A stretch of 43,006 nt of DNA, from positions 1 through 43,006 of the forward strand of contig DAIQNY010000002.1 in assembly GCA_036788155.1 (NCBI GenBank). The letters run 5' to 3'. Source of the DNA: Actinomycetota bacterium (GTDB lineage Bacteria; Actinomycetota; Thermoleophilia; UBA2241). Positions 22,694 to 30,165 of this stretch are shown piece after piece. A program made the translations under genes and the position numbers. The notes beneath the pieces are model-generated. The model saw only the letters and a program-made list of their open reading frames with translations. It made no database searches and was not told the origin of the DNA. Each line of letters starts with the position of its first letter. The first letter of the stretch is position 1.

Positions 22694-23371
22694 ATGACGC
22701 TCACCACCGACAGACTCACCGAGATCATCGAGGCGCTGCGCGAGTACGACCGCGTCGACGCCGCCTACCGCGCCGAGAGCCTGACCGCCGAGGACATCCG
22801 TGACTACCTGATCGCCGGGACGACCGATGACGGCCGCAGCGAGCACGACGTGTGGCTCGAGACGGCGCCGGCTGCTGAGGTCGCCGACTGGGTCGACCTG
22901 GACGCACTGCTGACGACGCGCTGCGCGTACTGTGACGCCGAGGTGGAGCGCGCGACCGAGCCGACGGCGCCGTCTGCCGACGATGACACGGCGTGGGCTG
23001 CGCTCACGCTCGAGCACGCCGACGGCTGCGAGTGGGTGGAGACGCGGGGCCATCGCTGGACCCGCTCCCTCTCGCCGTCCGAGTCGGCGGAAATCCTGGG
23101 CGTCACCCGCCGGACCATCCTCAACTACCGGACCGCCGGCCTGCTCACCGGCTCGCACGAGACGCCGGGCGGCCACCTGCGGACTCCCGAGGCGACGGTC
23201 CAGCACCTGCGCCGCGGCCACCTGCCAATCGTCCGCGCACATGAGCGCCAGATGGTCGCGCGCTCCGTCCGCGGCGAGGTCTGGCTCAGCAGTCTTGGAG
23301 ACGGCACGGCGCGTGATGAGTCCGGACGGCTGTACTGGACGGCTGGCGACTGGGCGATGCCACAGTCCTGA
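22694..23371 (+). CDS. HTH DNA-binding protein (225 aa), candidate regulator/immunity factor
   Basis: ATG 22694 with AGGAGGGAG SD. LSPSESAEILGVTRRTILNYRTAGLL...TPGGHLR is an excisionase/MerR-type HTH. The minus-strand 388-aa ORF opposite is Arg/Gly/Leu-rich shadow. Confidence 0.7.
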   Translation: MTLTTDRLTEIIEALREYDRVDAAYRAESLTAEDIRDYLIAGTTDDGRSEHDVWLETAPAAEVADWVDLDALLTTRCAYCDAEVERATEPTAPSADDDTAWAALTLEHADGCEWVETRGHRWTRSLSPSESAEILGVTRRTILNYRTAGLLTGSHETPGGHLRTPEATVQHLRRGHLPIVRAHERQMVARSVRGEVWLSSLGDGTARDESGRLYWTAGDWAMPQS

Positions 23372-23379
23372 TCGCCCGA

Positions 23380-23619
23380 TCATGAGATGGTCACCACCCC
23401 GAAGACGCCGAGCCAGAGCCAGACCGCGGTGCATGCGCTGGCGACGCCGTACCTCTTGCGCGCGTCCGCCCACTTCATGTCGCGCGTCTCATCCCACCGG
23501 TCAAGAAAGGCCTCGCGCGCCTCGCGCTGAGTTCGACGAACGGTCTCGAAGATGACGCCGCCGTGCGGCCAGCAGACGGCCCAGGCGCGCTCGCGTGGGA
23601 TGTGGCCGGTGCCGGTCAC
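23380..23619 (-). CDS. Hypothetical protein (79 aa) with C-terminal TM helix
   Basis: GTG 23619 in GTGA overlap. ACTAVWLWLGVFGVVTIS hydrophobic tail. Confidence 0.45.
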   Translation of the reverse strand: MTGTGHIPRERAWAVCWPHGGVIFETVRRTQREAREAFLDRWDETRDMKWADARKRYGVASACTAVWLWLGVFGVVTIS

Positions 23620-23918
23620 TTGGACACCAGCTTCAGACGACGGTTGCCGAAGCGCCTCACCAGCGCCTTGTGTGCAATCTTCCACAGCGGCATCACCCCG
23701 TCGTGCTCGAGGTACTGCGTGAACAGCTTGATGAGGTCGCGCTGCTTGAGCGTGGCAGTGCACCTGTTGCCGTCCACCTTCGCATCCCCCACGGCGACAG
23801 TGATTGTGAAGCTGACGTACGGGCGCGCGTCACCCTTCGGCGATGCTGGATGGTCGGCCTCAACGGAGATGACCTCGAGCGGGTTCACGCGGGGAGGGGC
23901 TACGTAGGTTGTGGTCAC
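23616..23918 (-). CDS. Hypothetical protein (100 aa)
   Basis: GTG 23918 in GTGA overlap; balanced composition. Confidence 0.55.
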   Translation of the reverse strand: MTTTYVAPPRVNPLEVISVEADHPASPKGDARPYVSFTITVAVGDAKVDGNRCTATLKQRDLIKLFTQYLEHDGVMPLWKIAHKALVRRFGNRRLKLVSK

Positions 23919-24106
23919 GATGCCCTCCGCGTCCGCAGCTCGCGCACATCTCCGCTGTCCATGTCGCTGCAGACGTAGCCGCCGCCCTCACGCCTCGTCA
24001 CGACGACGAGCTCAGCGCCCTGTGCCATGAGGTCGAGGACGCCGATGCCGATGGCCACGCAGGCGTCGTCTACGCCGCGAGCGATGTAGGTCTCGTCGTC
24101 GTCCAT
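23915..24106 (-). CDS. Hypothetical protein (63 aa)
   Basis: ATG 24106 in TGATG overlap. Confidence 0.4.
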   Translation of the reverse strand: MDDDETYIARGVDDACVAIGIGVLDLMAQGAELVVVTRREGGGYVCSDMDSGDVRELRTRRAS

Positions 24107-24303
24107 CACTCGCACCCGCGCAGGACCGCGAACGCCTGCACGATAGCCACGGGATCGCCTGACTCCCACGCCCGCTCAGCAGCGGCGATGGTCTGTCGCA
24201 GCGTCGCGGCTCCGAACGCACCCGCCGGGCCGATGGCCTCGTACTGCTGCAGCAGCTCCTTGACGCGATGCAGCTCGTCGGGGAACTCGGTACCAACGCT
24301 CAT
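24106..24303 (-). CDS. Hypothetical protein (65 aa)
   Basis: ATG 24303 overlapping the transglycosylase stop. Confidence 0.45.
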   Translation of the reverse strand: MSVGTEFPDELHRVKELLQQYEAIGPAGAFGAATLRQTIAAAERAWESGDPVAIVQAFAVLRGCE

Positions 24304-25013
24304 CACTCCACCGCCTCAACGGCCTTGTCGCGCGCCCACGCCGGCTTGAACTTGCCGCCCTGCGACTTCCAGATCCAGAGGGCGAAGCGCAGGTTGTACT
24401 CGGGGTTCAGCGTCTTGCTCCACGCCGCGTGCATCACCTGGCGGAACTTCGCCTCCCAGCTCGGACGGTTGAGCTGCGTGAGGCCCCAGTCGTTCGTCGG
24501 GCTGATGTTCGCCTTGATGCCGCTGGACTCGTACCAGATGAGGCCGGCGAGGGTGTGGAGCGCGCGCTTTGGCCAGCCGACCCACTTCGCGAGCGGCAGC
24601 CACTTCTTTCCGCTGGCGGCGCCGTGAGGGCTGCGCATCTCCTTGCGCCCGGCCTTGACCTTCGCCTGCCAGTCGTCGCGCTGATGAGTCCACCGCCGGA
24701 GCGCCTTCTGCCACGCCTCCGCCGTGCGCGTCTTCGGCGTCGGATACAGGCGGACCGGGCCGCGCGCATCGAAACAGGCGCGGACGCGGGCAAGGGACTG
24801 ACGCTGAGCCTTGGCCTTGCCCCGCATCTTGAGCGCCTTGGCCACCTGCGCGGCGGTGGCCTGTTCCGGCGCCGGGTCTGCCGTCACGCTCGGCGACGGG
24901 GAGGGGGACGGAGACGTGTCCGCTCCGGCGGCGCCGGGCCCGAAGACGGCGGCGGTGAGGATGAGAAGGAACACGAAGACGAAGATCGCGATGATGCCGA
25001 TCAGTCGGGACAC
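24303..25013 (-). CDS. Membrane-anchored/secreted lytic transglycosylase (SLT family 1-like)
   Basis: GTG 25013 with GGAGG SD. N-terminal IGIIAIFVFVFLLILTAAVF, SPSPSPSPS linker, and catalytic pattern WYESSGIKAN...DWGLTQLN...PEYNLRFALWIW. Confidence 0.75.
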   Translation of the reverse strand: MSRLIGIIAIFVFVFLLILTAAVFGPGAAGADTSPSPSPSPSVTADPAPEQATAAQVAKALKMRGKAKAQRQSLARVRACFDARGPVRLYPTPKTRTAEAWQKALRRWTHQRDDWQAKVKAGRKEMRSPHGAASGKKWLPLAKWVGWPKRALHTLAGLIWYESSGIKANISPTNDWGLTQLNRPSWEAKFRQVMHAAWSKTLNPEYNLRFALWIWKSQGGKFKPAWARDKAVEAVE

Positions 25014-25042
25014 GGTTGCCTCCGCGTTCGCTGTCAGTGCCG

Positions 25043-25078
25043 GGGCGGGCGAGCTGACCGGGGGCGGCTCGCCCGCCC
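25043..25078 (-). terminator. 12-bp perfect GC hairpin between the LamG and transglycosylase genes
   Basis: gggcgggcgagc / gctcgcccgccc with a 12-nt loop. A second hairpin, gagacggg...cccgtctc, lies near 25158-25193. Confidence 0.5.
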
Positions 25079-25211
25079 GTCCCGTGAGGTGAGATGACCT
25101 CGAGACGAGCCTAGAGAGGAGGCCGCCTCGCCTCTATGACGACTTTGGCATGCCCCCGAGACGGGTCCCGGCAGCGATCGCGCCGCCCGTCTCGTTCTGG
25201 TCTTGCGAGAG

Positions 25212-25955
25212 TCACCGGAGCCCGGCGGCGTAGTTGACGGCGACTTGCTCCGGCGTGAGGGCGAACGGGTAGACGCGAGCGACGGCGATCTTGCCATTGA
25301 AGTACCTGTCGACCGTACTCAGGCGCCGGGCCCCGAGCGCGGCCGAGTTGATGGTCGCGTAACTGCCCACGCTGATCGGAGCAGGCCCGCGGACGAGCGC
25401 GCCGTCCACGTAGAGGCGCGCGTCAGTGCCATCCGAGGTCGCGACGGCGTGGTGCCAGACGCCGTCCGAGAGGTTCTCGGTGCCCGTGAGGGTGGTCGTG
25501 GTGCGTCCGGATGCGCGGGTCACGACCCGCAGGTAACCCAAGGTCGCGAGCTGCATCTCGACGTAGGGCGAGGTCCCGCCGGTGTTGCCCTCGCAGGTAA
25601 GGGCGCGGTCCGAGGTGATGGACCCGCCGAGGAACCATGCCTCGTGGCTGAACACGCCGCCGGCCGACGCCGCTCCGAGCTCCGGAAGCTGCACGTAATC
25701 GTTGCTGCCGTCAAACGTCAGCGCATACGGGTCCGCCGCCGTGCCGGTGCCGCCCCATGGGGTGCCGCTGAAGCCCGTGAGGGTGCCGTGGTGGCCGTTG
25801 CCGGAGGTGTCGAACCACTGCGTCGTCAGCGGGTCATTGGAGCCGGGAGCGGTGCCGCCCGCAGCCTTGGCGGCGATGAGTTCAAGGACTGCGCCAGGGG
25901 TCACTGTGGGTGCCGCCGCGACCGTTACCTGCCGCCGCCGCCTTCTCTGCATCAT
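25212..25955 (-). CDS. LamG/concanavalin-A-like lectin domain protein (247 aa)
   Basis: ATG 25955 in ATGA overlap with the endolysin stop. LTFDGSNDYVQLP, GVWHHAVATSDGTDARLYVDGALV and FNGKIAVARVYPFALTPEQV fit Laminin_G_3. N-terminus is MMQRRRRRQVTVAAAP. Confidence 0.75.
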   Translation of the reverse strand: MMQRRRRRQVTVAAAPTVTPGAVLELIAAKAAGGTAPGSNDPLTTQWFDTSGNGHHGTLTGFSGTPWGGTGTAADPYALTFDGSNDYVQLPELGAASAGGVFSHEAWFLGGSITSDRALTCEGNTGGTSPYVEMQLATLGYLRVVTRASGRTTTTLTGTENLSDGVWHHAVATSDGTDARLYVDGALVRGPAPISVGSYATINSAALGARRLSTVDRYFNGKIAVARVYPFALTPEQVAVNYAAGLR

Positions 25956-26713
25956 CGCTTCCCCTTCTTCCAGGCCCACATCTTCCGCCACCACTTCGGC
26001 CTGTCCTCGGGCACCGGGATCACGACGGACTCCTTGCCGCCCGTCTTGACCCGCTTGCCCTGTCCCTGTGCGCGCAGCTTCTCGATGTAGGGGACGAGGC
26101 CGAGGTTCCACCAGCCCGCGCGGTTCGGCCTCTTCTGCCGCGGCACGGAGATGTTCTTGTCGGTCAGGGCTGTCTTGTCGTTTGCGAACATGCGCGCCAG
26201 CTCGAGCACGTAGTCCATGGGGTAACCGGAGCCGGGATCGGTGTGCCCGCCGACGACGTGGAAGACGCGCGTCGCCTGCGCGTGCGTCACGACTCCCGGC
26301 TTGTCGGCGCGGAGCTCAGCGTCGGAGAGCGTGCGGAGCGGGATGCCGTACTTCTTGCTGAGCCGGGCCATGAGCCACGCCGTGCGCGAGAGCGTGCCCT
26401 TGTGCTTCATCCACGTCGCGCGGCTCCACGACGCCTTGCCCATCTGCTCGATGTGGATGCCCGTGTCGTTCAGGTGCGGCGCGCCCCAGGCGGTCACGCG
26501 GTCCGGCAGGTACTGCTGGATGGAGTCGTCGTCAACGCCGTACTGGGTGGAGCCGCCCGAGGCCGGGTTTTCGAACCACGAGCCAGCCCCCTCCGCTGCC
26601 CCGGTCGCGTTGGTCGACTCGATGCTGTGCAGGACGATGTGCCGGAGGGCCGACTTCGGCCGGGTGCCGGAGTAGTGGACGGCCTTGTAGTCGTGACGGA
26701 TCTTGTAGCCCAT
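25952..26713 (-). CDS. Endolysin, N-acetylmuramoyl-L-alanine amidase (Amidase_2/PGRP-like)
   Basis: ATG 26713 with GAGGAGG SD. IVLHSIEST, STQYGVDDDSIQQY, NDTGIHIEQMG and GGHTDPGSGYP. C-terminus is KWWRKMWAWKKGKR. Confidence 0.8.
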   Translation of the reverse strand: MGYKIRHDYKAVHYSGTRPKSALRHIVLHSIESTNATGAAEGAGSWFENPASGGSTQYGVDDDSIQQYLPDRVTAWGAPHLNDTGIHIEQMGKASWSRATWMKHKGTLSRTAWLMARLSKKYGIPLRTLSDAELRADKPGVVTHAQATRVFHVVGGHTDPGSGYPMDYVLELARMFANDKTALTDKNISVPRQKRPNRAGWWNLGLVPYIEKLRAQGQGKRVKTGGKESVVIPVPEDRPKWWRKMWAWKKGKR

Positions 26714-26724
26714 GAGGCTCCTCC

Positions 26725-27786
26725 TCAGTTCGGCAGCCCGGTGTTCCCGGTCGAGTTCACGCGCGTCACCCGCGCCGTTCCGCCCTCGCGTACCCACGTC
26801 GTCCCGGTGAAGTCCGCGCCCCGCACGTTGTCGAGGTAGCCGCAGTCACTTACCGTGCCGACCACGAGGCCGGAGAACGTCCAGCCGCCGCCGACGTTCT
26901 TGCAGTAGACGACCTGACTGGACGCGCTCATGGGCTGCGTCTGGTCAGGGTCCCTGACCCGCATGTCGGCCGTGACGTTTCGGAATGACCAGTCCATGAG
27001 GGTGCTGGAGCTCGGCCCCTGCAGGTTGAAGGCCGAGCCCCGGGTCTGGCGGATGGTGAGGCCGTCCACCGTGATGCCCCGGGCCTTGTTGATCTCGAAC
27101 CCCTGCCCCCACGGGTACAGGTCCGGGCGGTTGCCGGAGCCGCAGATGAGCATGTTGCGGATCCTGCAGTCAAAGCCGGTCATGTTGCCGCAGAGGGAGA
27201 CGGCCTCGGAGCCCTGCGGGTCGAGGATGACGTCCGTGAGGGTGACGCCGCGCCAGTTGGCGGTCTTGCGCCCGGAGGAGGTCCGGTCCGTGAACTCCAG
27301 CCCCATGCGCGGCTGAGGCCGGATGGTGAGGCCGTCGACGGTGATGTTCTCGATGACGACGTTGTCCTTGGCGTTGATGGTCCAGCCGTTCTGCGGGCCG
27401 GAGTCGATGATGCAGTCGCGGAGGGTGACGCCGCTCAGGGGGTAGTCGATGTGCAGGACGCCCTTGGTGCTGGTGCCGCCGGTGAAGACCACGTGATCGT
27501 AAGTGCGGCCGGACTCAAGGCGGGCGTTCTGCATGGTGGTGTAGGCGGGATTGGCGGTCGGGGTCGGGGTGGGAGTCGGGACTGCCGGGGTCGGGGTGAC
27601 GGTGGCCGTCACGGTCACGGTCGGGGTGGGGACGGGCCCCGACACGGTAATGGAGTCGCCGGAGCGCGCGACCTCGTACAGCCCGGTCGAGCCCGGCGCC
27701 GGAAGGTCCGTCTCGGCGATGGTGGCGCTGCAGCCGGCCAGGGCGAGGGTCAGGAGCAGCAGGAGGGTGAGCATCACTCGGCGCAC
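26725..27786 (-). CDS. Predicted lipoprotein with Pro/Thr linker and right-handed parallel beta-helix (pectate-lyase-like) domain
   Basis: GTG 27786 with GGAGGT SD. MRRVMLTLLLLLTLALAGC is a signal peptide with LAGC lipobox. PTPTVTVTATVTPTPAVPTPTPTPT linker. Repeated NITVDGLTIR / GITVDGLTIR beta-helix rungs. Confidence 0.75.
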   Translation of the reverse strand: MRRVMLTLLLLLTLALAGCSATIAETDLPAPGSTGLYEVARSGDSITVSGPVPTPTVTVTATVTPTPAVPTPTPTPTANPAYTTMQNARLESGRTYDHVVFTGGTSTKGVLHIDYPLSGVTLRDCIIDSGPQNGWTINAKDNVVIENITVDGLTIRPQPRMGLEFTDRTSSGRKTANWRGVTLTDVILDPQGSEAVSLCGNMTGFDCRIRNMLICGSGNRPDLYPWGQGFEINKARGITVDGLTIRQTRGSAFNLQGPSSSTLMDWSFRNVTADMRVRDPDQTQPMSASSQVVYCKNVGGGWTFSGLVVGTVSDCGYLDNVRGADFTGTTWVREGGTARVTRVNSTGNTGLPN

Positions 27787-27789
27787 GGT

Positions 27790-28083
27790 CTACCTCCAGA
27801 GAGAGACGAGTAGGGCGCCAGCGGCCGAGAGGGCCGCGGCGACGGATGCGCGCTTGGTCCAGACGACGTCCTGCATCTCGGACTCGAGGCGCGTGACACG
27901 GGTCTTGAGGCCGTCGTGACCGTTGCCGTAGACGGCGGTCTTGAGGTCGGACATGTCGCCGCAGTCGAACGGGCAGCCGCCCGACTTCTTGAGGTCGTCC
28001 AGGACGCGCCGCGCGGCTCGCTCCGCCACCGAGTCGAGGATGTATCCCTGCTCAGGGGTGAAGCCCGGGATCTGCTCGCTCAT
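27790..28083 (-). CDS. Tail-anchored membrane protein (97 aa), holin candidate
   Basis: ATG 28083 with GAGGAGG SD. Soluble N-terminal part and a single C-terminal helix ASVAAALSAAGALLVSLW. Sits at the head of the lysis region. Confidence 0.5.
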   Translation of the reverse strand: MSEQIPGFTPEQGYILDSVAERAARRVLDDLKKSGGCPFDCGDMSDLKTAVYGNGHDGLKTRVTRLESEMQDVVWTKRASVAAALSAAGALLVSLWR

Positions 28084-28093
28084 CCTCGCCTCC

Positions 28094-29491
28094 TCATGAG
28101 AGCGGCCGGCGCGTCGCGATGCGCGCAAGCACCTTGTCGATTCTGCGGCTCTTGGCGTCCATCTCGACCTCGGCCTCCCGGGTCAGCGGGTGCAGGGTGA
28201 CGCGCGAGATCTCGCGCTCCGTGCGCCGGAACGTGCGCGGCGCGTCCTGCACCTGTAGCAGCTCGCCCGGCTGCATCAGCAGGCAGTCGCGCTTCTCACC
28301 GGAGGCGACCGGGACGGTGCCCTTGAACGAGGCAGACCCAGCGATCGGCGGCTCTGCGTAGGACGCCTTCACGCGGCGCATCATCTTCTGCGCCTGCTTC
28401 TTGCTCCGAATGGCCTCTGGCATCTCGAAGTAGCGCGTCTTCACGGCGGTCCCGAGCGTCTCCGACTCCCAGTGCTCTACCAGCTCCTTGGGCCGCTCGT
28501 TGCGGTTCGTGTAGTTGATGCGCGCCCCGTTGCAGCACTCGTCCATGGCGGGGGTCAGCTTGCCGGCGTAGTGCGGGTCGGCCAGGCTGACGACGTAGAG
28601 GTCCTCGTCGGCGGTCTCGCCGAGCGTCGGCGGCTTGCGGTAGGTGAAGCTCTCCTCCGTCGCCTCCATGTCCCAGTCCAGCATCTCGTCGACCTGCAGC
28701 GCCGCCTGCAAGCGGTCCATCGGCAGGTTCTCGAAGCAGAGTTGGTCGCAGGTGACGCCGGAGACGTCGGGGCAGAAGAACCGCTCGCCGGGCCAGTACG
28801 GCGAGACGATGTCCTCGACGATGCGCTCCGGCGTCACGTCCCGGCGCAGCGGGCTGGCATAGATGGAGGAGCGCAGCAGGCGCACGCCCCACATGGGCGG
28901 GTCGGCCGTCGTCGACTGGTCGCTCCAGTTCGGCACGTAGTCCGTGTTCTGCGGCGTGTAGGACGGGTCAGCGAGCAGGGCCTCCACCTTGATGACGATG
29001 CAGCGCACGGGGTTGACGTCGATGTTCTCCTCGTCGATGTTCACGTAGCGCCAGTAGCGCCATGCCTCGTCGAGTCCGACAGAGCCGATGTCGGGGAGGT
29101 CGATGTACTCGCGGTGGAGGGTGACGAGGTTCTCACCGTTGACGCTCCGGCGGCCGTAGCAGGAGACGCGGAAGCGGTCGCCAGCCAGCGCCGCTTCGAG
29201 GCCGCCGATCTGCAGCCGCGCCGTCCAGTCCGTGATACGGTCGTCGACCGCGAGTCCGTCGAAGAGCTCACGGTAGATCCGGGCCGACGAGTACGCTGGC
29301 GGGTCGGCTCCGCAGGCGTCGAGGTAGCGCAGCCAGGGCCGGTCGAACTCGTCGACCCGGTCTTCGTAGCCGGCCGCGTACATGTCCCAGTAGTGCCGCA
29401 GGACCTTGTCGAAGACGAGGATGCCGGCCGCGCTCGTGAACTCCGGCGGGTAGAGGGTGGGGCGAACTTCGATGAAGGGGGCGGTCACCAT
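28094..29491 (-). CDS. Minor tail protein (465 aa), family not recognised
   Basis: Large ORF at the distal end of the tail module, coupled to neighbours. Confidence 0.6.
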   Translation of the reverse strand: MVTAPFIEVRPTLYPPEFTSAAGILVFDKVLRHYWDMYAAGYEDRVDEFDRPWLRYLDACGADPPAYSSARIYRELFDGLAVDDRITDWTARLQIGGLEAALAGDRFRVSCYGRRSVNGENLVTLHREYIDLPDIGSVGLDEAWRYWRYVNIDEENIDVNPVRCIVIKVEALLADPSYTPQNTDYVPNWSDQSTTADPPMWGVRLLRSSIYASPLRRDVTPERIVEDIVSPYWPGERFFCPDVSGVTCDQLCFENLPMDRLQAALQVDEMLDWDMEATEESFTYRKPPTLGETADEDLYVVSLADPHYAGKLTPAMDECCNGARINYTNRNERPKELVEHWESETLGTAVKTRYFEMPEAIRSKKQAQKMMRRVKASYAEPPIAGSASFKGTVPVASGEKRDCLLMQPGELLQVQDAPRTFRRTEREISRVTLHPLTREAEVEMDAKSRRIDKVLARIATRRPLS

Positions 29492-30165
29492 GCCGGCGGC
29501 CAGGTCGGATAGTTGGCGGGAGTCATCAGCAGAGGAGTATTCAGCGCGGGCGAGTAGACGTAGTTGCGCGTCATGTCCACCGTGCGGGCTACGCTCACGT
29601 TCACGTAAGTGAAGCTCGGGTGGTAGGCATAGCCGCCAAGCGTTTGCAGCGATGGGATGCCGGCATCGACGTAGACGGGCGCCTTGATGACGGCGACGAC
29701 GTAGGACCCGAGAGAGGGCTCCACGTCGGTCGGGAACGGCCAGTAGACCTCGCGGCCATTGTCGTCATCATGCGCCGTGCGCGTACCCAGGCTGACCCAG
29801 TTCTCGTTCAGGGCAAGGACCTCTGGGTATCCCCACATCGCCGGCAGCATCGTGTACGAGCCCCCCGCCCACACGCCGAAGTTCGCGCCCGGATAGGCGA
29901 CGAACGCCTCCAGCTCGACCTCGTCGACGGGGAGGTCTTGATAGCCAAGGTCCGACGTGAAGCGGGCGATGCCGTAGAAACGCCAGAGGCTTTCGGCGAC
30001 CGGACGCGGCATCGCCGCCACCTGCAGGTAGTCGTCCTGCATGGAGACCTCGAAGCGCGGCGCGTGGGGATCGCGCACGAAGACGAACGGCCCCTCGTCG
30101 TCGCGCCCGACGTTGAAGGCGTGCCCGTCCTGACGGCCGACCGCGATCTCGACGTAGTCAGTCAC
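29485..30165 (-). CDS. Minor tail protein (226 aa)
   Basis: GTG 30165 (GTGACTGA overlap), GGAGG-rich upstream. Confidence 0.55.
   Translation of the reverse strand: MTDYVEIAVGRQDGHAFNVGRDDEGPFVFVRDPHAPRFEVSMQDDYLQVAAMPRPVAESLWRFYGIARFTSDLGYQDLPVDEVELEAFVAYPGANFGVWAGGSYTMLPAMWGYPEVLALNENWVSLGTRTAHDDDNGREVYWPFPTDVEPSLGSYVVAVIKAPVYVDAGIPSLQTLGGYAYHPSFTYVNVSVARTVDMTRNYVYSPALNTPLLMTPANYPTWPPAW

Noticed and set aside
22307-23473. 388-aa minus-strand ORF covering the plus-strand operon.
   Set aside because: Arg/Gly/Leu/Ala-rich junk-like sequence running through the AT-rich promoter. The plus-strand ORFs have strong SDs, a consensus promoter, a clear HTH and normal composition.
25034-25297. 87-aa minus-strand ORF in the LamG-transglycosylase gap.
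   Set aside because: Ser/Arg/Pro-rich composition, overlaps the hairpin cluster and the LamG 3' end, and has no SD. It is judged noncoding.
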